This document shows, piece by piece, positions 8,064 through 18,781 of a DNA stretch of 35,367 bases. The DNA lies in the NCBI GenBank assembly GCA_964582845.1, contig CAZOTW010000004.1, positions 1 through 35,367 of the forward strand, written 5' to 3'. The notes under the pieces were generated by a model, which did not search any database, had not been told where the DNA came from, and saw only the letters and a list, made by a program, of their open reading frames with translations. This DNA is from an uncultured Gammaproteobacteria bacterium (lineage in GTDB: Bacteria; Patescibacteriota; Microgenomatia; UBA10105; UBA927). Each line of letters opens with the position of its first letter. The stretch's first letter is position 1. The translations under genes were made by a program, and so were the position numbers.

Positions 8064-9314
8064 TTACGGCGATTTGGTAAATAGGCTTTTAATATAGTCC
8101 AGAATCATATAAATAATATTCTGATACGGTTTCTCCATAACTATTTTTATATTTAGGTCATTTTTATTGATGACAAGCTCTTTATCTGTGTATCCGTTGA
8201 CATGTATCGTAATGGCGGCGTCGCCCTCGATTATAGGAAGGTTGAAATTACCGTCTATAGCTGTTTTTACGTTTCGATATACTGAAGACACTTCAGCATT
8301 AGCTATAGGTTTACGAAATTGATTTATAACGTGTCCTGTAATAACTCTTGGAGTAAAATACTCCGTGATCACTGATACTGCTTTTCTCGGGTTGCCATCG
8401 TCGTTCCACAGCTTGGTAGAACCTCCGACACTCACCCAGTAATTGATACCGATGAGCTGGTCTACAGAGACAAGTTTCCGAAATGTTTCATTCAAATAGC
8501 GCGCCTGTGCCTCCTCATCCATGGGACCATGAATATCCAGTATCGGTGCGCCGAACTCACCCAAAACCACGCGTCCACCGCTTTGAGCAGCCAGCGCGCG
8601 AATGTCCAAAACCAGCCGATCCGGCGAAGCGACGTAATGATCAATTGTGACAATGCCGTCGAGAGCCAGGGTGGTAGGTTTATCCATAATCAGTTTGGCG
8701 ACATCTCCGTTCATAGAAAAATAGTTTGAAGCCACGCGCTTCCCGATTTGGATAAATGCGTCTTTGGTAACCTGGTATTCGTCAATTAAGAATTTTCTAT
8801 ACCCCCTCACGTCTCCGGTTATTTGCGGATTGCCCGGCCCGCCGTTTTCACACTCCGGGCACCCGCTAAAGATGTCTCCGTCTTCAAATACACCAGGGTG
8901 ATTGAGGATAAAGTCGCGGGTTTTGGTAATGTGCTCCTCGCGCGAAATACCCGTATATCCAAACCACTTCTCCCAGCCAGACCAGTTGCCGCGAAACCAG
9001 ACGTTAAGATGGTATTTCCTTGCAGCGGCAACCCAGCGCTTGAGTATCGGGACAAACTCTTCATCATACGGAGTCGCAATAGCCACATGGGTGGCTCCGG
9101 TATCGGCAATATTTTTTACCTGCGTATCTATGGTTTGGTCAAACGACGGGTCGTTGAGTTTTTCGCGGCTGGCGTCGCGGGAGTATTTCATCGTATCGAC
9201 GGATTGAAACGCCCACCATGTCGCTTTATCTGTAGTAGATGTGACGTTACGTTTCAGAAGCAGTGCGAGTAAAAACACGATAAGAACAATGGAAATAATA
9301 ATAAGTCGCTTCAT
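8064..9314 (-). CDS. membrane-anchored clan GH-A-like glycoside hydrolase with C-terminal carboxypeptidase-regulatory-like domain
   Basis: N-terminal anchor MKRLIIISIV, PECEN (acid/base candidate), VLGEFG (nucleophile candidate), ITGHVIN..PIANAEV..DGNF domain. Confidence 0.7.
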   Translation of the reverse strand: MKRLIIISIVLIVFLLALLLKRNVTSTTDKATWWAFQSVDTMKYSRDASREKLNDPSFDQTIDTQVKNIADTGATHVAIATPYDEEFVPILKRWVAAARKYHLNVWFRGNWSGWEKWFGYTGISREEHITKTRDFILNHPGVFEDGDIFSGCPECENGGPGNPQITGDVRGYRKFLIDEYQVTKDAFIQIGKRVASNYFSMNGDVAKLIMDKPTTLALDGIVTIDHYVASPDRLVLDIRALAAQSGGRVVLGEFGAPILDIHGPMDEEAQARYLNETFRKLVSVDQLIGINYWVSVGGSTKLWNDDGNPRKAVSVITEYFTPRVITGHVINQFRKPIANAEVSSVYRNVKTAIDGNFNLPIIEGDAAITIHVNGYTDKELVINKNDLNIKIVMEKPYQNIIYMILDYIKSLFTKSP

Positions 9315-9367
9315 GTGCCGATATATTATACCTTGAAATACGATCCATCGGTAGCTAGCGTTCAATA

Positions 9368-9952
9368 TTAGGATGGAGGAAAAGACGGATTGCGCGGATG
9401 TTTGTAGGGAACCCGGAAATGAAGCGATTCTCTGATGGAAGAATAATTTTCATTTTCGTCAATTTGTCGAATTATTCTGGCTGGCACTTCACCTACCAGT
9501 GTATGCGGCGGTACATCCCGCGTAACCACGGCTCCTGCTGCTACAACGCTTCCTTCTCCGACGGTTACTCCCGAAAGAATGATTGATCCCGATCCTAACC
9601 AAGCGTTTTTTTCTATCGTTATCGGCTCATTGTAATGTACCCGTCTATTTGTTTTTTGGTCCAAAAAAACATCATTATTTGATGTAAGAATCATGCACCG
9701 AAATCCTATGGCGACATTATCTTGAATAGTAATTTTTTCTTCACCGACTAAAATACATTGTTGGTTAATAAATACATTGTTCCCGATGATAATATTTTTC
9801 GGTTTAAAGAATTTTGAAAATGTGATAAATACGCACCCCTTGCCGCACGATCCGATGTTGCGGGCGATCAAAAAGGAATACAATTTTTGAATGAGGGCGA
9901 TAATATATCCCATAGGAGTTATTATACTACTTTTTTCCCGTCTTTTCGTCAA
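9368..9952 (-). CDS. hexapeptide-repeat (LbH) O-acetyltransferase
   Basis: IIIGNNVFIN, ITIEKNAWLGSGSIILSGVTVGEGSVVAAGAVVTRDVP. The true start may be a downstream Met. Confidence 0.9.
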   Translation of the reverse strand: MTKRREKSSIITPMGYIIALIQKLYSFLIARNIGSCGKGCVFITFSKFFKPKNIIIGNNVFINQQCILVGEEKITIQDNVAIGFRCMILTSNNDVFLDQKTNRRVHYNEPITIEKNAWLGSGSIILSGVTVGEGSVVAAGAVVTRDVPPHTLVGEVPARIIRQIDENENYSSIRESLHFRVPYKHPRNPSFPPS

Positions 9953-11309
9953 ATCGGGATATGCATACGAGCCAATCTTTCGATAAAGGCGCCTGGACAG
10001 TATAGGATTGCTGGTTGGTAAACGTTTCTTCGCGCTGTGAGTGCATCGTTATGGGTGATATGTACGTGACGGTATACGTGTGATGTATTGAAAAGTTGGA
10101 AAGCGTATAGTGTGTATGTTTTCTTCCTTGAGGTAAATAGACCAGAACGTACTGATTATGGATATGTGCAATGATTGGTTCAAAAGGATGTATTGTTTCT
10201 GTTTTTGGAGTCAATATCTGGTTTTTAGGAGTCAATTTCCACCAGGGAATGTTCATTACCCATTGTTTCGCAAGACCAATTTGTTTGGCCCCTTCATACC
10301 GTATTGCTTCCTGCCAGTCGGAATTTCCCCAATGGTTCATAAAATTATCATGATTGGCAAGTTGCCAGATGCCATGAGCTCCGTAGGTGTGTCCTTTTGC
10401 GCCCGAGAGGACGCTTGTCCAGAATGCGTAGCGCTGATCTGACGGCCCGAAGTTGCCTAAAATTCCTTCATACCACGGCTCTAGATTAACAAAGGGGTGA
10501 GTTTTACTGCCACGGCGTGCGGCTTCTATCATGAAACCGGCATTGGACTTGGTATGACCGGACTGAATCGTATTTATATCAAGCCAGGAGGGGTCGCTAT
10601 ACAGTTCGGAGGCAAGACGTTTACTCTGGGGATGCACGGTAAGAAGACGGTGGTGTGTATCGATGTGTTTAATATATACGGCTACCTCTGCCCATTTTTC
10701 CAGTCGGACATGCAACGCCTTGTCCGTATTTGCCGTCGGCAATTTCTCTACAAATGGAATAAGGTGTAATCGTCTTACTGCGCGGATGATGAGTTGATGG
10801 AGACGAAGTGAAGGAGTAAGTTGCAGAAACCCGTCCACTTCTCCCGTTAAACAAAATATGATCGGTAGCTTCCCCCAGCGGGTGATAATTTCCGCCCAGA
10901 GATTTTTCATGGCAGCTACTCCGAATCGGTCGATATGGTGGCCCCAGCTGCCGACGATACACGGCACGATTCCTGCAGCAATAATTTCCCGGATGACGTT
11001 ATCGGCATAATCAAAGTATTGCGTGTTGATGTCACCGTTTGGTAAGAAGGCGCATCCCCCTTCATTTCCCGCGTCGGCGCCCAAAGAGTCAACTTCAGGT
11101 GGAGCGCCGATGACCAAGAGGATAACGGTGAAGCCCTTTTTTGCCCTATCGGCGAGGAGTTTTTGGAGGGCGTTTTTGCTCATTCGCTTGGTCGCCGCAA
11201 ACCACCAGGTATCAGCTAGCCAGAAAAACGGCGTCCCATCGGCATAGGTGAGGTATTGATGATCGGACGAAAGCGTGGGGGCTCCGTGGCGTTGAAGGGC
11301 GTTTTCCAT
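9927..11309 (-). CDS. DUF4038 / GH140 (apiosidase-like) family protein
   Basis: DGTPFFWLADTWW, LTVHP, QSGH, NLEPWYE, GHTYGAHGIW motifs. Confidence 0.8.
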   Translation of the reverse strand: MENALQRHGAPTLSSDHQYLTYADGTPFFWLADTWWFAATKRMSKNALQKLLADRAKKGFTVILLVIGAPPEVDSLGADAGNEGGCAFLPNGDINTQYFDYADNVIREIIAAGIVPCIVGSWGHHIDRFGVAAMKNLWAEIITRWGKLPIIFCLTGEVDGFLQLTPSLRLHQLIIRAVRRLHLIPFVEKLPTANTDKALHVRLEKWAEVAVYIKHIDTHHRLLTVHPQSKRLASELYSDPSWLDINTIQSGHTKSNAGFMIEAARRGSKTHPFVNLEPWYEGILGNFGPSDQRYAFWTSVLSGAKGHTYGAHGIWQLANHDNFMNHWGNSDWQEAIRYEGAKQIGLAKQWVMNIPWWKLTPKNQILTPKTETIHPFEPIIAHIHNQYVLVYLPQGRKHTHYTLSNFSIHHTYTVTYISPITMHSQREETFTNQQSYTVQAPLSKDWLVCISRFDEKTGKK

Positions 11310-11332
11310 ATCCCCTATTGTACCACCGGTGT

Positions 11333-12616
11333 TTACGCGGGTTGATACACGCGTGGCGTAGGTTTTTTTGTGGCCTGCACCAAGCCGGAAAGGATCGTTG
11401 CCGCATTGACCGGCAAGGTGACATCGCTTATTTTTATCGGTTGATCCTGATGAAGTGAGTGTTTGACGATTGCTCCGGGAGCAAGTCCGACCGGCAGATA
11501 ACCCGCGGAATGCTCAATTTTATCGATGTTGCCGTACATGGTGTCTCCGCCGATGCCGTCAAGCGCCGTGCCGGCAGCAAGTTCGGTTTTAGCCACAGCT
11601 ATGGTGGTCGCGCGTGGACTCACGCTATTATGTATGGTTTCTTGTCCAAATAGGACGACCTTCGCAATCGTTCCGGCAACTTCCAGGTGACATAAGTGAT
11701 AGGGCTCAAACAATACATAGCGCGGTCCTTCTCCCAGTCCCAGGTAGCGCAGATATTTTTGCTGATTTTTATCCGAGTGCTCGGCTACCACAAAGATTCC
11801 CGGGAAAAGCTTTTTCCCCAGTATGTAATCCACTACTCCCTCTTGGGGGATTTTATGCCATTGAAACACTTTGAGGGCTTCCTGTACGTCCTCTACTTCC
11901 GGCCCGCGCATACCAAACTGCAGGATATCCATGCCGAAGTAGTTGGCGACAAGTGTCATCTCTATGGACTGTTTGGTGCCGTCGGTGAATGAGACGGTTT
12001 GGCGCACGGACAAGCCCTTGTCATCTGCCCAAGGTTTCATTTCTTCCTGAGTGGCGTGGCGATTGAGATACCGTTTCATGTTTCCGGCAAGAAGCACGTT
12101 GAAGCCCATGAGTTTTGATTGACCGATAAGTCTAGCAAGGGATCCGGGCTGGTCGCCGATGACGTCGGTGATGACGACGCCGTTTTGGTCCGCGAGTTGC
12201 TTGAGTTCGGTTCCGACTGTGGCCTGCAACTCCGGATTCATGGTGACGATGTGTTTGTGGGCGCGGATGGCGCGAAGGGCCACATCCGTGCCGTATGCAA
12301 TCGTGCCGGTAACTTCCATGACGACGTCTGCCGGATACGATTCGATAAGATCGAGGTTATCCGAGACGCATATATATCCCAGGTCTGCTTGCTCCTTTAT
12401 TTTTTGCGGATTACTTTCGACACATGCGGCAAATCCGTGTTCTTCGAGAAATTTTTTGGACTGGTCAACCCTGCGGGTAAGTACCAGGGGGACGCGGATG
12501 CCTTTGGTGTGTTTAATCGAGGAGAGAAACCCAAACCCCATGAATCCCAAACCGGTGACGATAACGTCTATGGGTTGTTTACGGCTCTCGAGTTTTTTCA
12601 GGATGATGTCGTACAT
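11333..12616 (-). CDS. NAD(P)-dependent oxidoreductase with C-terminal SAF domain (homoserine dehydrogenase-like)
   Basis: GLGFMG Rossmann motif, GDQPG, SFTDGTK, PYHLCHLE, LDGIGG...LPVGLA. Confidence 0.85.
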   Translation of the reverse strand: MYDIILKKLESRKQPIDVIVTGLGFMGFGFLSSIKHTKGIRVPLVLTRRVDQSKKFLEEHGFAACVESNPQKIKEQADLGYICVSDNLDLIESYPADVVMEVTGTIAYGTDVALRAIRAHKHIVTMNPELQATVGTELKQLADQNGVVITDVIGDQPGSLARLIGQSKLMGFNVLLAGNMKRYLNRHATQEEMKPWADDKGLSVRQTVSFTDGTKQSIEMTLVANYFGMDILQFGMRGPEVEDVQEALKVFQWHKIPQEGVVDYILGKKLFPGIFVVAEHSDKNQQKYLRYLGLGEGPRYVLFEPYHLCHLEVAGTIAKVVLFGQETIHNSVSPRATTIAVAKTELAAGTALDGIGGDTMYGNIDKIEHSAGYLPVGLAPGAIVKHSLHQDQPIKISDVTLPVNAATILSGLVQATKKPTPRVYQPA

Positions 12617-12662
12617 AAAGAGTAATAATTATATCCTATAGTTAGAATACTGTCAATCTCCC

Positions 12663-14282
12663 CTACCGTTGTTTTGGCAGTGTTGGCTTGGTATTCAGTG
12701 TCTTCAGATATTCGGGCTTGAGTTCATACACGTCCGCAAACGGAAATTGAGCAACCCTGGTATATTTTGACAATTGATTGGTCACACGAATAGCTTTGTA
12801 CGTGAGATCATTATCATCATACGTACGCATCACAATCCAGCGCGCCCAGCGATCGGGACTCGTCGTTGCGCTTTTCCAGTAGGTGCCGGTGCCTTCATGG
12901 ATAAAGCGTTTCATGGGTAGACCCGAAGAAAAGATAATAGCATCGTGCGAAGCGGCGGAGATCAGAATAAATCCTTCTTGGTTTGCCGCGTGGGTTTTGA
13001 GGTATCCGCTTACTTCGCTCACATTTTTTTGGCTACTGCCGACACGTGCGTCATCGATTGTGACGGCATCGTGGTTAGCGATGGAGAAAAAGATCACAAA
13101 AGCGTAGAGCGCAACAAGCGATAGTCTGCCGATTTTTACCCGGTCTATGAGATACCCGATGAAAATTGCAAGAGATGGCATCATCATGATGCCATAGCGA
13201 ACGTTAAACCATGTGTTTCCGGAAATTCCCTGCACAAACAGTACGGAAAATCCGAGATAGAGGGCAAGCACGTTAAACAAAAATGGCGCAAATAATGCCG
13301 TGGTAGCTATCCGCACAGAAGGGATAAGGCGTCGATCCAGCCAAAGGACAACCGCCCCAATAGCTCCCAAGATAGCTACGTATGCCGTGGAGTTAAAAAT
13401 GAGCGCGTAGAGATAGACCTGGATAGACAGGAGCAGGTTCTTTTTGGTCATAAGTACTCCGGCGCTTTCCAGTTGCGTCTGTTGGGTATGAGCAGAAAAC
13501 GGTCCGAATGCAAAGTACAGCGCGTCTTTGAAAATAAGCTGGTTCCACAAAAGCCACAAAAATATGCCGAATCCTGCAAGCGTACAAAATAGAATAAAAT
13601 ACCCTTCGGCCACGCGGTATCCCCGCTTTCTCCATGTATGAAAAACGACAAGTGCTGCTCCATACGCCAAGAGAAACCATCCGTCATACCGCACGAGTGT
13701 GGAAAGCATGATCCAAAACGCCGCGCGGATAAGAGCAAGAATGTCCTCTGTTTTATGCCATTTGGTCAGTTCGTAGACGCCGACTGTCATAGTAAAAAGA
13801 AGCAGAAGCTCGGTCATGGCGATAGATTGCAGATATAAAATATTGAGATTTAGAATAAAGACGGCAACACCAAAGATTCGGCCAAAGAGACCAACGCCGA
13901 GCAATCGCAAAAACAGGTAAATGACCACACCGGTGGCGACAAATGCAATCATGGACTGCAGGGCACCCGCCAGTCCTGAATGCCACATAAAATCATTCCA
14001 GATCGTCGGGATCATGAGAATGTGGTTCAGTGGGAGCCATACCGACCCCAACTGCGCTAAACCAGGCTTGAGGTTCTCTACGACACGGCGTCCGATGTCC
14101 AGATGACTCCGGGCGTCGTTGTAGGCAAGACCTAAGCCATTGGCGTAATACGTGTAAAATGACGCAATGGACACGACGCTTAGTACAATTATCAGGAAAA
14201 CAAGTGCATGACGTGTAGACCACGCTCCTATGCGTTGGAATGGTTGTTTCGGAATAGTGAGAGTCAGTTCGCGTATGTTCAT
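12663..14282 (-). CDS. GT-C fold (ArnT/PMT-like) polytopic membrane glycosyltransferase
   Basis: More than 10 TM segments. First-loop YNDARSH...GSVWLPL, MTE, RYDGW, NVRYG motifs. Confidence 0.75.
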   Translation of the reverse strand: MNIRELTLTIPKQPFQRIGAWSTRHALVFLIIVLSVVSIASFYTYYANGLGLAYNDARSHLDIGRRVVENLKPGLAQLGSVWLPLNHILMIPTIWNDFMWHSGLAGALQSMIAFVATGVVIYLFLRLLGVGLFGRIFGVAVFILNLNILYLQSIAMTELLLLFTMTVGVYELTKWHKTEDILALIRAAFWIMLSTLVRYDGWFLLAYGAALVVFHTWRKRGYRVAEGYFILFCTLAGFGIFLWLLWNQLIFKDALYFAFGPFSAHTQQTQLESAGVLMTKKNLLLSIQVYLYALIFNSTAYVAILGAIGAVVLWLDRRLIPSVRIATTALFAPFLFNVLALYLGFSVLFVQGISGNTWFNVRYGIMMMPSLAIFIGYLIDRVKIGRLSLVALYAFVIFFSIANHDAVTIDDARVGSSQKNVSEVSGYLKTHAANQEGFILISAASHDAIIFSSGLPMKRFIHEGTGTYWKSATTSPDRWARWIVMRTYDDNDLTYKAIRVTNQLSKYTRVAQFPFADVYELKPEYLKTLNTKPTLPKQR

Positions 14283-15796
14283 ACAGAGTGTTTCCTAAAA
14301 AACTCTTTTCTAATGAGCAGAGCATAGGCTATGCATGTGAAGGAGATACCGATTCCCTGATAGATCTTGACGACAGAGGAAAGCGGAATGCGGCCATTCA
14401 GCCATAGGTTGTAGACTAGGGATCCAGTTTTACCTTGATCGATCAGTTGTTTGTTGTACTCGTACGTGTAGGGAATAAATGTCACCAGGTGTTCGGCTTC
14501 CTGTTTGGGCGGAACCTGCGTAGTGGTAAACGCACCAAACGTAGAGACATAGATGCCGTATCCGGCGATAGCCAAAAAAGCAAGACCAAAGAGAATGCTT
14601 CGTTTCCACCGTTCTATCGCCAAACCAATTCCAGTGGAAAGAAGTGCCGTTGCCGGCAAAAGATACCGCGGGCCAAATGACCAACCGCCCCACGGATCGC
14701 CGAATGTAGAGTAGAGGGTGACCGTGAGTCCGGCCATGGTCAAGATGACGACTGCCGCCTTTTGTGTCTCTTTTTGTTTAAGAGCAAGAAAAAGTCCCGC
14801 CGTGCCAATAAATACGATAGGACTATAATAAAGCCATCCGCGCTCATTGCTTATAAGCAGTATGTATAGTCCGTTGAGCTGTAGGCGTGAATAAAACGGA
14901 AGCGTTGGCGCATACGGATCCCGTGTTTTTTTTACTGTTGTCGTTTTTGGCTTTGGCGGATAGTCTGATCTTCCCAAAAATTGGCTCAGAATCGTATAGC
15001 TTCCTGTGACTTGTTTGTTGTACCAGCCAAATGTGCCAAGGAGCGGAATAAATCCGAGAAGTAAAAATACGAGAACGAGTTTTAGCTTGATTGTAACCAC
15101 GCGGCCTTCGTCTATACGAGTGAGATGTTGTCCGGCGGCGTAGAGCATAAGAGGCAAAAGAATAATCGCATTCGGAATATCGATGAGAAGCCCAGCTCCA
15201 TACAGAAGACCGAGAAGGGTATTTCGAAGAAGCCCTGGTTTATGAAACAGCGTGAGGGTAGCAAGAAGAATAACAAGTATGCTTAAGTGGTGCTGGGTAA
15301 GCGTGAGCGCGTACGTGAGGGCGCTGGTACCAAACAAAAATAGGAAGCCGCTTATGAGAGACGGGATCATACCGGCTCCGAGCTTGCGCGCGATAAGTAC
15401 AACGAGGAGTAGATTCACAAACGCAACGAGAGTGGTTGCGCCGTACGTCGCAAGCTGTGGTATGCCGAAAAGATTGCCGAGGAGGTAAAACGGCAACACC
15501 GCAAACGCCACGCCCGGAGTAAAAATAGAAAAATATTTTCCGTTGTACAAAACGAGATCCGGCGCGGCGAGTCCGGCCTGCGCGTTGTTAAAGAAAAATG
15601 TTTTGGATTTGACAATCGCTTCAACGAGTGCGTATCTGGAATTGCTTCCGGAGCTTTCGAATGGTCCCGTAAGGTTCCCTTCCGTGCTTTGCTGATAGGC
15701 TAAAGAGCCGTTTGGCGCTTTATTCCCCTTCACGACCATCGCAAGAAGGACGGTGATGATAAAACCAAAAGCCAGCATGCATAGTGCGCGCTTCAT
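14279..15796 (-). CDS. second GT-C-like polytopic membrane protein
   Basis: Many TMs. SRYALVEAI, SIFTPG, RGWLYYSP, WGGWSFGPRYLLP motifs. Confidence 0.7.
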   Translation of the reverse strand: MKRALCMLAFGFIITVLLAMVVKGNKAPNGSLAYQQSTEGNLTGPFESSGSNSRYALVEAIVKSKTFFFNNAQAGLAAPDLVLYNGKYFSIFTPGVAFAVLPFYLLGNLFGIPQLATYGATTLVAFVNLLLVVLIARKLGAGMIPSLISGFLFLFGTSALTYALTLTQHHLSILVILLATLTLFHKPGLLRNTLLGLLYGAGLLIDIPNAIILLPLMLYAAGQHLTRIDEGRVVTIKLKLVLVFLLLGFIPLLGTFGWYNKQVTGSYTILSQFLGRSDYPPKPKTTTVKKTRDPYAPTLPFYSRLQLNGLYILLISNERGWLYYSPIVFIGTAGLFLALKQKETQKAAVVILTMAGLTVTLYSTFGDPWGGWSFGPRYLLPATALLSTGIGLAIERWKRSILFGLAFLAIAGYGIYVSTFGAFTTTQVPPKQEAEHLVTFIPYTYEYNKQLIDQGKTGSLVYNLWLNGRIPLSSVVKIYQGIGISFTCIAYALLIRKEFFRKHSV

Positions 15797-16931
15797 AGAA
15801 TTTCTCCCATATATTCAATAAGCTTCTCCCCTACTATTGTAGGCGAAAAATTTTCAGTAAACATCCGGTATCCTTGGGTCGCGATGCGTTTGCGAAGAGA
15901 TGGGTTGTTTTTCAATTCAACGATGGCATCCACAAACGCGTCCGTGTCGGCAGGCGGCACGATGTAGATATTCTTTTTGTTCGTAAATACGCTGCGGATA
16001 ACCGGCGCGTCGGCAGTCACGACGACTTTGTTAAGCGATAATCCCTGGTACACTTTGTTCGGGATCACGCGATCAATACTTGGGTGTTTGGCCAGAAAGC
16101 CCAGAAAGATGTCGCCTTTTTGGGCAATCGGGATATGTTCTTCTTGCGGAATGTCGTAGTAAAAAGACATATTGGTGAGCTTGAGTTTTTTTGCGCGCGT
16201 GATACTTGCGTCAAACGTCTGTCCCCTGTTGCCGATCATGTCAAAATGAATGTCTTTGTCGCTCCGTAGTCTCCGCGCCGCCTCTATGATGTACTCTACC
16301 CCGTGAATCGGGCTATAGAGACCATAATACGTCACATTTATTTTGTTTGTTGTATTGGTATACGGTGTGTACGGATAAAATTTATCGTCCGCACCTAGGG
16401 CAACCGTTCGGATTTTACTTTTCGGCACGCAGAAAATACGCTCCATAAATTCCTGCTGAAACGGCGTGTCTGCCATGACCGGTACACGAGTCCCTCGCCG
16501 AATTTGGCGAGTTTCGCAAGAAAGGATCCTTTCGACAGAATGCCCTGCTCTTCGGTAAAACCGGTGTAGAAAATGAGAAGAGGATTAAACACTAATTTTT
16601 TCCTGAATATCTTGGCCACGAACCACGCCGGAAATACGTCGAAGTGTCCGGGATACCCGACGTAGATGACGTCGCTTGCGGCAATGCCCTTGCGATGTTT
16701 GATAATTTCACTGACGATGCGATACTTGCGAAGCACGCGTTTGGCAAGCTGCAGCCAGCCCATTTCCTGCTTTTTGTTTAATGTGGTCACCGTGACTGCG
16801 GCGTTGACCTCTACGACGCGCGCACCGTTATCACGAAGTCCAGCGATCGTAAGCTTATTGGACGTATATGTGGGATCATACGTGCCGAACATACAGATGA
16901 CCGGGTGTTTTTTCCTTATCCTGTTATCCAT
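15793..16931 (-). pseudogene. GT4 glycosyltransferase split by a frameshift near 16478
   Basis: The N-half ORF (16395..16931) and C-half ORF (15793..16476, ..ADT..YYGLYSPIHG..PNKVYQ) overlap in different frames and together give one GT-B protein. Confidence 0.8.
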
Positions 16932-17842
16932 AGAGTTATTCCCCTTCGCAAAATTTTTGAGCTTTTCGCAACAGTCCAGGTGTTGTGTACTCGTTTGATG
17001 AGTCGGGATTTTATGTTGAGATACGCGGCAAGTCCAAGATACGGCACGATAAAAGGATTTTTCCCGGTATATTGAATAAGCGTTTTGAGTGCCAGAAATT
17101 TGGGTAGTGTGTACGCATCGGAAACAAATTTTTCTCCGAATTCGCCCACCGAAAGCCTGCGGGATTGGAAAAACCGTACGCTTTGGAGTTCGTGATCGCC
17201 AAGCGTGCTTGGGAGCGCATACCAGACGGTCGCGTCGGAAACGTATCGGTAGGTATATCCGTGATGGACACAGAAGAGATAGGAATATGCATCTTCGTTG
17301 GCGCTATCTTTAAAGTGAATTGCTTTATACAGCCGTTTGGAAAACGCGCGCCCGCGTCCATGGCATGTGTAGATATTATTTCCATTGTGTATTGAAGCGA
17401 ACACGCGTCGTTTATACTGCATACTTGCCGCAAGCATTTTCTCCAGGAAATTTCTCGGATGAAGCTCGTCAATGTTTGCCGCGCATAAATCCGCCTTTCC
17501 GTTGGTAATCGGTGACACGAGCTTGGCGAGAAATAACCGGTCTTTCAGCACGACGTCAGCGTCCAGGATAATGAGCGCGTCGGTGGTTGTTTGGGCTAAA
17601 ATGGTATTGACCGATCGCGCTTTTCCTAATCGTTTGGCATTCACAACAACGGTGATAGGTAAATCGCGGAATGTTCGGGCAATTTCCGCAGTTTTATCGG
17701 TGCTTGCGTCCGAGACAACGATAACCTTTTGTATGACATACCCGCGTTGCGTTTGGCTGGGGAGGTCGCTAAGCAGCTCACCGATATTTGCTTCTTCGTT
17801 GTATGCCGGTATGCCGATGGTTAGGGTAAGTTTATTTCTCAT
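16916..17842 (-). CDS. GT2 glycosyltransferase
   Basis: IGIPAYNEE, SDASTD, LDAD, NED. Start taken at MRNKLT. Confidence 0.9.
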   Translation of the reverse strand: MRNKLTLTIGIPAYNEEANIGELLSDLPSQTQRGYVIQKVIVVSDASTDKTAEIARTFRDLPITVVVNAKRLGKARSVNTILAQTTTDALIILDADVVLKDRLFLAKLVSPITNGKADLCAANIDELHPRNFLEKMLAASMQYKRRVFASIHNGNNIYTCHGRGRAFSKRLYKAIHFKDSANEDAYSYLFCVHHGYTYRYVSDATVWYALPSTLGDHELQSVRFFQSRRLSVGEFGEKFVSDAYTLPKFLALKTLIQYTGKNPFIVPYLGLAAYLNIKSRLIKRVHNTWTVAKSSKILRRGITLWITG

Positions 17843-17847
17843 ATATT

Positions 17848-18762
17848 TTATAGTTGCTTGGTTGATCTGACAACGCTCCACGTTTTTGAAAACGCAGATT
17901 TGTTAAGCTTATCTTTAAGCCCTATCCAATAGTGAGCCGCGAATAGGAATATTAGGTGAGGGAAATATCTAATTACTTCTTCAATTCTTAGGTATTCATA
18001 AAATTTTTTAGGCGCTGCGTATTCACGAATTGCTAGATTTCTAAATCTACGATCTATCAGACTATCACTGTTTCGATTTCGTAAATTAATTTTTATAAAA
18101 TCTGTAACAGTATCCGGAAACTTAAAATATACTACGGATTTCTGTGCAAAATAATAAGAAAAGCCAGTCGCCAGGCACATGAAATATAGATATACATCCA
18201 CATTACCCATGTCACCCAAATTCACAGGATATTTTAGTTTCTTATAAAAGTTTCTAGATACAGCCATTATTTTGCCGTCGCACGTTCTCTTAGTATGTAT
18301 AGTGGGCATATCGGCTATCACGCGTCTTCCTAAGATAAATCCAATCAATGTTGTATTTTGGATGAAATTTCTAGACGGTAAGGGTTTCAAATTACCCCCA
18401 ACCATTCCGACAACAGGATTTTTTATAATAGGATTGCATAATTCTTCAATAATATTTAAATTTTTAACGACGATATCATCGTTAAGTATGACAACAATAT
18501 CTGAATTACTCGATTGCAACATTTTTTTAACTCCATAGGCAAAACCTTGTCGTGTAGTATTGCCGTAGACTTTAATTATTCTGTTTTTTACAGATTTCGC
18601 TCTATTTATCGTGTCGTCTGAACTTAGATCTGATAAAACCATAATCTCTTTAATCACCACTGATAAAGTACGTTGCTGTATAAGCTGACCCAATAAACGA
18701 GCAATGTTTTGTTCTGCATTAAAAGCCGGAATAAATATTGACACTGTTGGTTTATATTTCAT
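17848..18762 (-). CDS. GT2 glycosyltransferase (AT-rich paralog)
   Basis: IFIPAFNAE, SDLSSD, LNDD. Confidence 0.88.
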   Translation of the reverse strand: MKYKPTVSIFIPAFNAEQNIARLLGQLIQQRTLSVVIKEIMVLSDLSSDDTINRAKSVKNRIIKVYGNTTRQGFAYGVKKMLQSSNSDIVVILNDDIVVKNLNIIEELCNPIIKNPVVGMVGGNLKPLPSRNFIQNTTLIGFILGRRVIADMPTIHTKRTCDGKIMAVSRNFYKKLKYPVNLGDMGNVDVYLYFMCLATGFSYYFAQKSVVYFKFPDTVTDFIKINLRNRNSDSLIDRRFRNLAIREYAAPKKFYEYLRIEEVIRYFPHLIFLFAAHYWIGLKDKLNKSAFSKTWSVVRSTKQL

Positions 18763-18781
18763 ACGTTATTCAAAATAATAT

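Noticed and set aside
9927-12616. Apiose catabolism pathway (GH140-like plus oxidoreductase)
   Set aside because: No kinase, transketolase or transporter is nearby, and the substrate cannot be inferred from motifs.
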